From Eubacteriales bacterium (GTDB lineage: Bacteria > Bacillota > Clostridia > Oscillospirales > CAG-272), in NCBI GenBank assembly GCA_045541375.1, contig JAZQJB010000108.1:4680-68679 (forward strand): a stretch of DNA of 64,000 nucleotides, written 5' to 3'. Every line of letters starts with the position of its first letter. Positions within the stretch are counted from its first letter, which is position 1. A program made the position numbers and the translations under genes. The notes below the pieces were generated by a model, which saw nothing but the letters and a program-made list of their open reading frames with translations, was not told where the DNA came from and searched no databases. Positions 46,892 to 54,976 of this stretch are shown here, piece by piece.

Positions 46892-49036
46892 ATGAAAAAT
46901 ACCAAGTTATTAACGATACTTATCGTTTTGATGCTCTCATTGGCGCTCGTTTTCGTCTCTTGTGAAAAAACAGGCGACGAAACTACAGCTCCCGAGGTGA
47001 CGAATGCTCCCGCAACGGATGCACCCACCGAGCCCGCAGAAGAGACGACAGCAGCTCCCGAAACTACTGCCGAAGAAGCTACCAAGGCTCCCGAAACCAC
47101 AAAAGCAGAAGAAACAACTGAAGCTCCCCACACTCATTCCTTCGGCGCTTGGAATACAGTAAAGGCTGCAAGCTGCTCCGAGGAAGGTTCTGCTGAAAGA
47201 ACCTGCTCTTGCGGAGCAAAGGAAACACAGGCTATCGCCAAGACCGCTCACCGCGACGGAGAGTGGGTCATCGATAAAGAAGCTACCGCAACCGCAGATG
47301 GCTCAAAGCATCTTGAATGCGCCGTTTGTAAGGCCACTCTCAAAACCGAGGTGATCCCCGCAACGCCTCACACTCCCGGCGAATGGATCGTGGATAAAGA
47401 GGCGACCTGCACGGAGAAGGGCGCAAGACACAGAGTCTGCACCAAGTGCGGCGAAACCACCGACACCGAGGAGATCTCCGCAAAGGGTCACAAGGAAGTT
47501 GCAGATAAAGCAAAGGATGCGACCTGCACCGAAAGCGGACTCACCGCAGGTTCTCATTGCTCGGTATGCAATACTGTCCTAAAGGCACAGGAGAGCATTC
47601 CCGCAAAGGGTCACACCGAAGAGATTAATGCATCTTGTGCTCCCACTTGTACCGCTTCGGGACTTACCGAGGGCAAGACCTGTAAGGTTTGCCGCGAAGT
47701 CCTCGTTGCACAGCAGACTGTGCCTGCAACGGGACATAAGGCAGGCGAATGGATCGTCGATAAGGAAGCGACCACTTCTTCCGCAGGATCAAAGCATCTT
47801 GCTTGCTCGGTTTGCGGTGAAACGATCAAAACAGAGCAGATCCCCATGATCGAGATCGTGAAAAAGGAATTCACAGTAACGGTCGTTGACGGATTTGGCG
47901 CTCCCATGTCCGGTGTCGAAGTATTCTTTATGAGCGGAGATAAGGAAGCCGCCAAGGCAACCACCGATAAGAGCGGAAAAGCTTCCGCGATGCTTGTTTC
48001 GGGTGACTACAAGGTCGTTGTTGAGTCTTCGGACGGTTCTTCCGCTTCGTATGACGTAAACGATGCTTCTCCCTCGATCGAGGTTCAGCTCGTTGCGCTT
48101 GCTCAGAATCCCGAAATGGTATATCCCGGTGCAACGGAAACCGATAAGGTCCTTGCCGGAGTTTACACCGTGTCCCTCGGCTCTGTCCGTGTCCCTGTTG
48201 AAAAAGGAAAGATCAGATATCTCTTCTTCATTCCCACAGAGGGCGCTATATATCATATCTATACCGATTCCGATAAGGTTGAGGTCGGCTACTATGGCGG
48301 CAGCTTCTTTGTCAGCCCCACCAATACCGGATTTGTTGATGAAAACGGTGTGCTTATCCACGAGTTCCTGCATAGCTCGGTTGGCAGCAAGGTAGTTCTT
48401 GGATTGACTTCGACTTCCGCATCTGTTGACGAATGCACCTTGACTATCGTGAAGGCTGCGGATATTGAGATCCAGGACGTTGAACGTCCTTGGGAACAGT
48501 TTGTCCCCACCCAGGTGCCTAAGGATAGAGTTGAAACTCCTGCAGGAACCATGAAATACGTTCCGATAGAGATCAATTTCTCAACAATGCAAGGCACGCA
48601 GAAGATTGAGGTAGTATATAACGAAAAAGACGGATACTATCACCTTCATACTGCAGACGGACCTGTTCTTTATGTAAAAATAACACAGTCTACACAATAT
48701 CTTGATCCTTTGTCAACTATCGTTCAGCTTACTAACATTGGTAAGTATTTCTATGACGAAAACGGAAACCTTGTCAAGAAGGAATCCTATGTTGATGCGA
48801 TATTCATTGATCCTTATCTTTATCCGGATAATAAGAATCCTTATTATTCAGCGGTAGCGGATAAGAAGTACGGTGTAGTTCCGCTGAACGAGGAGCTTAT
48901 CTATATTCTCAAAAACGTGGGTGAGGATGATTGGTATAAGAAGAACTCTCCCGACTATATCTTTGATAACTCCACTATTCCCGCAGACGTTATTCCTCAG
49001 AACGCTTGGCTCTTTGCCTGCGTATATTTCGAATAA
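46892..49036 (+). CDS. large surface lipoprotein with six His/Cys repeats and a C-terminal module paralogous to the upstream gene
   Basis: ATG 46892 follows AAAGGTG. Lipobox FVSC, T/E/A/P linker, six ~40-aa repeats (aa 83-323), Ig-like domain. The DGYYH...VPLNEELIYILK...C.YF module is shared with 44042-46879. Confidence 0.7.
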   Translation: MKNTKLLTILIVLMLSLALVFVSCEKTGDETTAPEVTNAPATDAPTEPAEETTAAPETTAEEATKAPETTKAEETTEAPHTHSFGAWNTVKAASCSEEGSAERTCSCGAKETQAIAKTAHRDGEWVIDKEATATADGSKHLECAVCKATLKTEVIPATPHTPGEWIVDKEATCTEKGARHRVCTKCGETTDTEEISAKGHKEVADKAKDATCTESGLTAGSHCSVCNTVLKAQESIPAKGHTEEINASCAPTCTASGLTEGKTCKVCREVLVAQQTVPATGHKAGEWIVDKEATTSSAGSKHLACSVCGETIKTEQIPMIEIVKKEFTVTVVDGFGAPMSGVEVFFMSGDKEAAKATTDKSGKASAMLVSGDYKVVVESSDGSSASYDVNDASPSIEVQLVALAQNPEMVYPGATETDKVLAGVYTVSLGSVRVPVEKGKIRYLFFIPTEGAIYHIYTDSDKVEVGYYGGSFFVSPTNTGFVDENGVLIHEFLHSSVGSKVVLGLTSTSASVDECTLTIVKAADIEIQDVERPWEQFVPTQVPKDRVETPAGTMKYVPIEINFSTMQGTQKIEVVYNEKDGYYHLHTADGPVLYVKITQSTQYLDPLSTIVQLTNIGKYFYDENGNLVKKESYVDAIFIDPYLYPDNKNPYYSAVADKKYGVVPLNEELIYILKNVGEDDWYKKNSPDYIFDNSTIPADVIPQNAWLFACVYFE

Positions 49037-49044
49037 AACAAAAG

Positions 49045-49074
49045 AACTCCGATGCCTCGGCATCGGAGTTTTTC
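49045..49074. terminator. bidirectional rho-independent terminator
   Basis: AACTCCGATGCC-tc-GGCATCGGAGTT followed by TTTTT. Confidence 0.8.
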
Positions 49075-49079
49075 TTGAT

Positions 49080-50342
49080 TTATATGGTCGCAATAACTTC
49101 ACAATACATATAAAGCGATCCAAGACAGACAAGAGCAGAATCGTTGCTCTTAGCGTATGCCTTGGCATCATCAAGCGCATCCGAAACGGATGCATAGGAG
49201 CTTGCGGTAATGCCAACTCCTTCAAGGACTTTGGCGTACTCCTCTGCGGGAAGCGCGCGCGGATTCTGCGGAGTGATAGTGAACGCGCGGTCGGAGATCT
49301 CGGAGAATTTTTTTGCGATATAATTGTAATCCTTGTCCTTCATAACACCCGTGAGGATGCAGACCTTTCGGTTGCCGAAATATCGCTTGATGCTTTGGAC
49401 AGCAGTCTCAATACCCTCGGGATTGTGAGCACCGTCAAAGATTATCAGCGGATCGCGCGAGATGATCTCGAACCGCGCCGGCCAGCGCGCCGCAAGAAGC
49501 CCCGCACGGACGGCTTCCTCGGAAACGGTAAATCCATTGCTCTTTAGTATTTCAACGGCGCAGAGGACGTTTGCCGCATTCCAAGGCTGATAAAGACCGA
49601 GGAGAGGGAGCTGTATTTCTTTATAATTAAGATAATTGAACGTGCTTCCCGAAAGATCGGACGATATGATCTCAAGTTCCGATTTGTCGGCGAAGTGATA
49701 ATCGGCATTTTTCTCTGCCGCTTTTGCTTTGATGACTTCCTCGACGGATTTCGAATTGCCTCCAAAGAGCACAGAGCCGTTTTCCTTGATTATCCCTGCC
49801 TTTTCAGCCGCGATCTTTTCAACGGTATCGCCAAGAAAAGCCGTGTGGTCAAGCGAGATCCCCGTGATGACGGAGAGCAGGGAAGAAGTGATGATATTCG
49901 TCGAATCGAGCCTGCCGCCCATTCCCGCCTCGAGGATAACAACGTCGCATTTCTTACGCTTGAAGAATTCAAAGCCGATGGCGGTGATAAGCTCAAATTC
50001 GGTCGGTTTATCCTCCATCGAGTCGGCGAAGGGCTTGACGTATTCGGTTATCTCGGCAAGCTCGTTGTCGGCAATATTTTCACCGCAAAACTGCATTCTC
50101 TCGTTGAAGACTTTGATGTAGGGCGAGGTGAAAAGTCCCGTTTTATATCCCGCGTGGCGGAGCACGGAATCGAGCATCGAGCAGAACGAGCCCTTGCCGT
50201 TCGTTCCCGCAACGTGGACGAATTTCAGATCATTCTGCGGGTTTCCGAGCTTTTCGCAAAGCGCCGAGATGCGCTCAAGTCCGGGTTTTGTGAAGGTCCA
50301 GCAGATAGAATGGATGTATTCAAGTGCTTCGGTGTAATTCAT
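49080..50342 (-). CDS. folC: bifunctional folylpolyglutamate synthase / dihydrofolate synthase
   Basis: Mur ligase family blocks HVAGTNGKGS, VILEAGMGGRLD and DGAHNPEG. 420 aa. Confidence 0.9.
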   Translation of the reverse strand: MNYTEALEYIHSICWTFTKPGLERISALCEKLGNPQNDLKFVHVAGTNGKGSFCSMLDSVLRHAGYKTGLFTSPYIKVFNERMQFCGENIADNELAEITEYVKPFADSMEDKPTEFELITAIGFEFFKRKKCDVVILEAGMGGRLDSTNIITSSLLSVITGISLDHTAFLGDTVEKIAAEKAGIIKENGSVLFGGNSKSVEEVIKAKAAEKNADYHFADKSELEIISSDLSGSTFNYLNYKEIQLPLLGLYQPWNAANVLCAVEILKSNGFTVSEEAVRAGLLAARWPARFEIISRDPLIIFDGAHNPEGIETAVQSIKRYFGNRKVCILTGVMKDKDYNYIAKKFSEISDRAFTITPQNPRALPAEEYAKVLEGVGITASSYASVSDALDDAKAYAKSNDSALVCLGSLYMYCEVIATI

Positions 50343-50346
50343 TTTG

Positions 50347-50889
50347 TCACCTCGTATATTTCGTGAATGCCTTGTGCCTGAAAATGAGGCAAAGGAAGAA
50401 GCTTTCGATTGCGATTATCAGCGCGTAAGTCGGAAGCCTGTATAATAGCAACATACCGTAAGACATATTATAATAGGCATATATGCCGAAAGTCTTAACG
50501 ATCAACGAACCGACTGCGTGCGCGGCAAGAACAGACAGAATGATTCTGAATGTGCTTTTTTTCTTAATGACATAATTGGAAACGATACCGCTGACCGCTC
50601 CGACAAGTGCCGCGCCGAGGGTCACTATCGGCGAGATGGCAAAGCTTTGCGTCGAAAGGAAGTAGCTCACCATATCCGAAACGATTCCTGTTACAGCTCC
50701 GACTATGGGACCGAAGAGGATACCCGACATGATGATCGGAAAGTTTTCAAAGGTCACTCTGAAAAGCCCGTTCCCGAAGTTGAGAAAATTCTTGCAAAAG
50801 ATGCCGATGACAACGCTCAGCGCACCGAGCATTGCGGCGGTCGTCAGGACTTTGACGTTGCGAAGTCCGTTTTTTTGATTTTTTGACAT
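50347..50889 (-). CDS. folT: folate-family ECF transporter S component
   Basis: ATG 50889 follows AGGGAGG. About 180 aa with 5-6 TM helices. Preceded by a THF riboswitch and followed by folC. Confidence 0.7.
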   Translation of the reverse strand: MSKNQKNGLRNVKVLTTAAMLGALSVVIGIFCKNFLNFGNGLFRVTFENFPIIMSGILFGPIVGAVTGIVSDMVSYFLSTQSFAISPIVTLGAALVGAVSGIVSNYVIKKKSTFRIILSVLAAHAVGSLIVKTFGIYAYYNMSYGMLLLYRLPTYALIIAIESFFLCLIFRHKAFTKYTR

Positions 50890-50959
50890 AATAAAAACCT
50901 CCCTTCGCAAACAGTTTGACTGTGCGGCGGGAGGAAACAAAAATATTTCCCGTAGCAAC

Positions 50960-51060
50960 AGCGGGATGCGGATCACCCAAGCGAGCTTTTTTTGTATTAG
51001 CTCTTATCCCACACGGCAACTCCCCGTCCATGTGTATTTTAACGCAGGTTTTCCTACTCT
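50960..51060 (-). ncRNA. THF (tetrahydrofolate) riboswitch aptamer
   Basis: Minus strand reads AGAGUAGGAAAACCUGCGUUAAAAUACACAUGGACGGGGAGUUGCCGUGUGGGAUAAGAGC...GCUCGCUUGGGUGAUCCGCAUCCCGCU. As I recall it, the Eubacterium siraeum THF aptamer has the same blocks (AGAGUAG, GCGUUAA, the GGGA-containing hairpin loop, GCAUCCGCU) in the same stem order. A small hairpin plus U-run and an anti-SD-like CCUCCC follow. Confidence 0.75.
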
Positions 51061-51075
51061 GTTCACAATAGTAAT

Positions 51076-51104
51076 ATTATATACCTTTTTTTGCGAATTT
51101 GCAA
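51076..51104 (-). promoter_or_regulatory. sigma-A promoter driving the THF riboswitch-folT-folC transcript
   Basis: On the minus strand, TTGCAA-17 nt-TATAAT, ending about 15 nt before the aptamer 5' end. Confidence 0.6.
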
Positions 51105-51122
51105 TACCTTTCCCGAAAAAAC

Positions 51123-51151
51123 TTGACAAAAATCGCGGAATGTGCTATAAT
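51123..51151 (+). promoter_or_regulatory. consensus sigma-A promoter driving the preQ1 riboswitch-queT transcript
   Basis: TTGACA at 51123-51128, 17-nt spacer, TGcTATAAT ending at 51151. Confidence 0.7.
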
Positions 51152-51158
51152 ATGGCGC

Positions 51159-51200
51159 GGTGAGTTCGAAACCATCCTCACCTAAAACAAAACTACGGAG
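51159..51200 (+). ncRNA. preQ1-I riboswitch
   Basis: GGUGAG-UUCGAAACCAUC-CUCACC hairpin followed by the A-rich tail UAAAACAAAACUACGGAG, which includes the SD. This is the same layout as known preQ1-I aptamers (e.g. the Thermoanaerobacter CUGGGUCGCAGUAACCCCAGUUAACAAAACAAGG). It sits upstream of queT, the classic context. Confidence 0.7.
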
Positions 51201-51207
51201 AATAGCA

Positions 51208-51696
51208 ATGAAAAACAAAAACCACACCCGCCGTCTGTGCGAGACGGCACTCATCGCAGCCATTTACGTAATTCTGACCTTTGTCAGCGCTGCTTTCGGA
51301 CTCAGCAGCGGAGCGATCCAATTAAGGCTTTCCGAGGCACTTTGCGTTCTGGCTATCTTCACCCCCGCGGCAGTTCCCGGTGTAGCCCTCGGATGCTTCA
51401 CGGCAAATCTGCTCACAGGTTGTGCACTTTGGGACATCGTGTTCGGAACACTTGCAAGCCTCATCGGAATGCTCGGATGCAGAGCAATGAAGAAGTTCCC
51501 CTACCTTGCCCCCGCACCATACGCACTCGCCAATATGATAGTGATCCCCTTTGTGGTCAAGCTCGTTTACGGCGCACCCGACGCACTCTACTTCATCTTC
51601 CTGACCGTCGGCATCGGCGAGATCATTTCGGTCTTTGCGGTAGGAATCCCGCTTTACCTGGTGCTGAAAAAGCATAGTAATACAATCTTCAAATAA
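51208..51696 (+). CDS. queT: QueT family queuosine-precursor transporter (ECF S-component-like)
   Basis: ATG 51208 follows the riboswitch SD. About 160 aa, 5 TM helices. The N-terminal pattern TRRLCETALIAAIYVILTF is typical of QueT. Confidence 0.75.
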   Translation: MKNKNHTRRLCETALIAAIYVILTFVSAAFGLSSGAIQLRLSEALCVLAIFTPAAVPGVALGCFTANLLTGCALWDIVFGTLASLIGMLGCRAMKKFPYLAPAPYALANMIVIPFVVKLVYGAPDALYFIFLTVGIGEIISVFAVGIPLYLVLKKHSNTIFK

Positions 51697-51699
51697 TAG

Positions 51700-51734
51700 A
51701 AATGCAGATCCCTTGGTTTCGGGATCTGCATTTT
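51700..51734. terminator. bidirectional rho-independent terminator
   Basis: AAATGCAGATCCC-ttggtttc-GGGATCTGCATTT with a flanking T-run. Confidence 0.75.
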
Positions 51735-51738
51735 AATT

Positions 51739-52365
51739 TTATAATTCTCTCTTTCTGTAGAATACGATCGAAAGAAACCACGAGAGGGCGAATATTGCTA
51801 CGCAGAGAACACAAGTAGTCGGCACAGAACTCAAAAGGTCAACGTTGGATGGAATGTCATTGTTAAATGCTTTAGCTAACACGGTGCCTCCCATAGATAT
51901 GATTATAGCTACAAATATTAAGGATAATCTACCTTTTTCCGCGCCGGATTTGAACATAAATGGAAGGGTAAATGCCGGAGGAATCAGCGACATAGTCAGC
52001 AAGGACAACGTAAACGTGCTGAATTCAGCTATTTCAAATGCGCCGCCGGAAACCATCATTGCAGCTTGTGCACAGCTGATGAGAATAAATATTGCTCCTT
52101 GAATAATTAGCGTAATAATGTATTTTCCGTTTACGATTTGCGCACGTGTATAGGGGAGTGCTTCACTGTATTGGTACCAGCGACTGCGCTCATCGTAAGC
52201 CAAGAGACTATAAGGGATAAGTCCCGTAATCATAGGGCTATAAAAAGCAAAGAAGAGAAGATCTTGTGTTGTGAACGATAACACTGCGAGAATGATAGCG
52301 AGTATAATATTTCTTTTGCAGTCTTTGACCGTCATATAGAGGTCTTTGATAATAAGTCCCTTCAT
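51739..52365 (-). CDS. ABC-2 type transporter permease
   Basis: 208 aa, six hydrophobic helices. Its start abuts the stop of the ABC ATPase gene. Confidence 0.6.
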   Translation of the reverse strand: MKGLIIKDLYMTVKDCKRNIILAIILAVLSFTTQDLLFFAFYSPMITGLIPYSLLAYDERSRWYQYSEALPYTRAQIVNGKYIITLIIQGAIFILISCAQAAMMVSGGAFEIAEFSTFTLSLLTMSLIPPAFTLPFMFKSGAEKGRLSLIFVAIIISMGGTVLAKAFNNDIPSNVDLLSSVPTTCVLCVAIFALSWFLSIVFYRKREL

Positions 52366-53208
52366 TTATTTTGCCTCCTTTACCATAAACAGAAACAGTT
52401 CTTCGATCGTTATCGGGCTGATCTTGAAATCCTCGGGAATGCTCTCGCGAAGAACGATAGCCTCGATGCCGTAAGGTGTAACTTTAGTATGTTTAATTGA
52501 TGCTGCGTCAAGTGCCGAGATCAATTCGGGGGTACAATGAACGATTCCGTATTTTGAAAGAAGCACGTCCTTTTCCTCGCAGAGAAGCAGCTTGCCCTTA
52601 TGCAAAAACGCGATGTAATCGCAAAGCTTTTCAAGATCGCTGACGATGTGCGAGGAGATAAGGATCGAATGATTTTCGTCCCTTGTGAAGTCGTAAAACA
52701 TTTCAACTACCTCGTCGCGCGCAACGGGATCGAGTCCGCTCGTTGCTTCGTCGAGAAGAAGCAACTTTGCTCCGTGAGACATAGCGATGGCAATACCGAG
52801 CTTCATTCTCATTCCGCGCGAGAAATGCCTGTATTGCTTGTTTTCCGGCAGAGAAAACTTGGTCAGCAGTCGTTTGTATTCATCCTGATCCCAGTTTTTG
52901 AAGGTGTTTTTCATTATTTTGCCGATCTGCTTAGCGGTAAGCAATTCGGGGAGACCGACGTAGTCCATAACCACACCGACATCTTCCTTGAGAAGCATGA
53001 TATTCTTTTCATTGTCCTCACCGAGAATTTTTATACTTCCGCTGTCCTTGTGAAGCATATCGAGTATCAGCTTGATCGTTGTACTTTTGCCCGCGCCGTT
53101 TTCGCCGATAAGCCCCATAATACATCCGCTCGGAAGCGTCAGGCTCAAATTGTCAAGACGGAAATCCTTAAAGGATTTGGTCAGATTTCTTATTTCAAGT
53201 GCATTCAT
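52366..53208 (-). CDS. ABC transporter ATP-binding protein
   Basis: Walker A GENGAGKST, signature FSRGMRMKL, Walker B LLLLDEATSGLD, H-loop SSHIV. Confidence 0.9.
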   Translation of the reverse strand: MNALEIRNLTKSFKDFRLDNLSLTLPSGCIMGLIGENGAGKSTTIKLILDMLHKDSGSIKILGEDNEKNIMLLKEDVGVVMDYVGLPELLTAKQIGKIMKNTFKNWDQDEYKRLLTKFSLPENKQYRHFSRGMRMKLGIAIAMSHGAKLLLLDEATSGLDPVARDEVVEMFYDFTRDENHSILISSHIVSDLEKLCDYIAFLHKGKLLLCEEKDVLLSKYGIVHCTPELISALDAASIKHTKVTPYGIEAIVLRESIPEDFKISPITIEELFLFMVKEAK

Positions 53209-53582
53209 TCTTTTTCCTCCATAATGAATGTTATCATTTCGATGATATCGTTGCGGCTCAGGTTGCAGGATGAAGCAAGCGAGGCAATATCTTCGATATG
53301 CTTTTCAATTTTTTTGAGATTTTCTTCGCGAAGGATCTCGGTGTTCTTCGGGGCAACATAGCAACCCTTTCCGGGAAGAGTGTAGATGAAGCCTTCCTGT
53401 TCGAGTTCTTCGTAGGCGTGCTTGGTCGTGATAAAGCTGATGCGCAGGTCTTTGGCAAGCCCCCGTATCGATGGGAGCATATCGTTTTCCTTCAGCTCTC
53501 CGCTGATGATTTGGTTTTTTATCTGTGAATAGATCTGATTGTAGATCGGTTCACCGCTCTTTGTGTCTATAAGAATTGTCAC
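53205..53582 (-). CDS. GntR family (YtrA-like) transcriptional regulator
   Basis: PIYNQIYSQIKNQIISGELKENDMLPSIRGLAKDLRISFITTKHAYEELE is a GntR winged-HTH. I chose GTG start 53582 (RBS AGAGG) because the track ATG lies inside the predicted -10 box. Confidence 0.75.
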   Translation of the reverse strand: MTILIDTKSGEPIYNQIYSQIKNQIISGELKENDMLPSIRGLAKDLRISFITTKHAYEELEQEGFIYTLPGKGCYVAPKNTEILREENLKKIEKHIEDIASLASSCNLSRNDIIEMITFIMEEKE

Positions 53583-53600
53583 GTCATCACCTCTGTTACA

Positions 53601-53642
53601 ACTGTATATATACATTATACACAGTCATAACGCGTTTGTCAA
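53601..53642 (-). promoter_or_regulatory. sigma-A promoter plus palindromic candidate operator of the GntR-ABC operon
   Basis: On the minus strand, TTGACA (53637-53642)-17 nt-TATAAT (53614-53619). Inverted repeat ACTGTATATA (53601-53610) / TATACACAGT (53616-53625) overlaps the -10 box and the transcription start. Confidence 0.55.
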
Positions 53643-53652
53643 TAGGTTTTTG

Positions 53653-53692
53653 AAAAAAAGAAGACGGAAAACCGAAATTTTCCGTCTTTTTT
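53653..53692. terminator. bidirectional rho-independent terminator
   Basis: AGACGGAAA-accgaaat-TTTCCGTCT stem flanked by an A-run and a T-run. Confidence 0.75.
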
Positions 53693-53702
53693 GATATTTG
53701 AG

Positions 53703-54470
53703 TTAAAAAACGACCCTTTCCGCCTTCACGCACTTGTTTCCCGCAAGGGTAAACAGCGCGCCGTGGGCGGTGACTTTGCCGTCGGCGACTCTGTATCGCT
53801 GAGGCATAGCTGTTGTAAAGCCTTTGATTATGCAATCCGTCGCAACGCCGAGGATGCTTATGTCGGGGCCGGTCATACCGATGTCGGTTATGTACCCCGT
53901 GCCGCGGGGAAGTACCTGCTCGTCGGCGGTTGCAACGTGCGTATGCGTGCCGAATACGATCGACGCGCGTCCGTCAAGATAATATCCCATCGCAAGCTTT
54001 TCGCTTGTTGCTTCGGCGTGAAAATCGAGGACCGCGATGTCGTAGTTGCCCGCTTCGCGCTTGAGTATCGAATCTGCAACCTCAAAGGGAGACGCGAGCG
54101 ACACTTTCATTGAAACGTTGCCCTGAAGATTCATCACGAGAACTCTCGCGCCGCCCGCATTTACGATAACATGCCCGTGTCCCGGTGCGCTTCCGGGAAA
54201 ATTGGCGGGGCGGAGGATGTATTTTTCGTCATCGAGATAGGAATAGATGTCATATCTGCCAAAGGCGTGGTTGCCCGTCGTTATGACGTCCGCGCCCGCG
54301 TAAAAGATGTCTTCGGCATCATTCTGACCGATGCCGTGTATCTCCGCGGCGTTTTCACCGTTGACGATGACAAGATCGGCGCCGAGGTTGTTCTTTATTT
54401 TTCTGAGATTCGCGCGCAGATAGGCAACGCCTGTCTGCCCGACGATATCTCCGATTGCAAGTATCTTCAT
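53703..54470 (-). CDS. ymdB: YmdB-like (TIGR00282-type) metallophosphoesterase, 2',3'-cyclic-nucleotide phosphodiesterase family
   Basis: MKILAIGDIVG start, NGEN, GNH and GTHTHV blocks. Start ATG 54470 overlaps the upstream stop (TAATG). Confidence 0.85.
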   Translation of the reverse strand: MKILAIGDIVGQTGVAYLRANLRKIKNNLGADLVIVNGENAAEIHGIGQNDAEDIFYAGADVITTGNHAFGRYDIYSYLDDEKYILRPANFPGSAPGHGHVIVNAGGARVLVMNLQGNVSMKVSLASPFEVADSILKREAGNYDIAVLDFHAEATSEKLAMGYYLDGRASIVFGTHTHVATADEQVLPRGTGYITDIGMTGPDISILGVATDCIIKGFTTAMPQRYRVADGKVTAHGALFTLAGNKCVKAERVVF

Positions 54471-54976
54471 TATTCCACTGCTTTCTTGAGCCATTTGCCT
54501 GCCGCTTTGGAAACAATAATATAAATGATCGCTCCGAGCGCGCTTTGTGCTATGTTGAAGGGAAGTCCCGCCAGCGCGGCGATTCCGCTTTCGTATACAA
54601 AGATCGCCTCAAAAGCCCAATAACCGACTGCGCAAAGTATTATCGATGCTGCAAGCGCAATGATATTGTGCCACGACAGCATGGGCTTCTTTCGAGAGAA
54701 GAAAAGGACTGTCAGAATTCTGATAATGACGGTGATGGGTATGTAGATCGCATATCCTGCGCAAAGGTCAGCGAGTCCAACGCCTACCGCTGATGCAACC
54801 ATTGCATAGGGGAGGGGAAGAAGCGCGGACGCGAGAAATACGATCCCGTCGCCGATATGAACGTACCCGACGGGGAGCGGTACCTTTACAAGAAAGGTTG
54901 CGACAAAGACGAGCGCGGCAAACATTGCGCTGATGCAGATGAGTTTGATGTGTTTGTGCGATGCGGTGTGTTTCAT
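54470..54976 (-). CDS. small polytopic membrane protein, ECF S-component-like
   Basis: About 168 aa with 5-6 TM helices and composition like vitamin S-components. No specific motif recognised. ATGA overlap with the upstream gene. Confidence 0.4.
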   Translation of the reverse strand: MKHTASHKHIKLICISAMFAALVFVATFLVKVPLPVGYVHIGDGIVFLASALLPLPYAMVASAVGVGLADLCAGYAIYIPITVIIRILTVLFFSRKKPMLSWHNIIALAASIILCAVGYWAFEAIFVYESGIAALAGLPFNIAQSALGAIIYIIVSKAAGKWLKKAVE

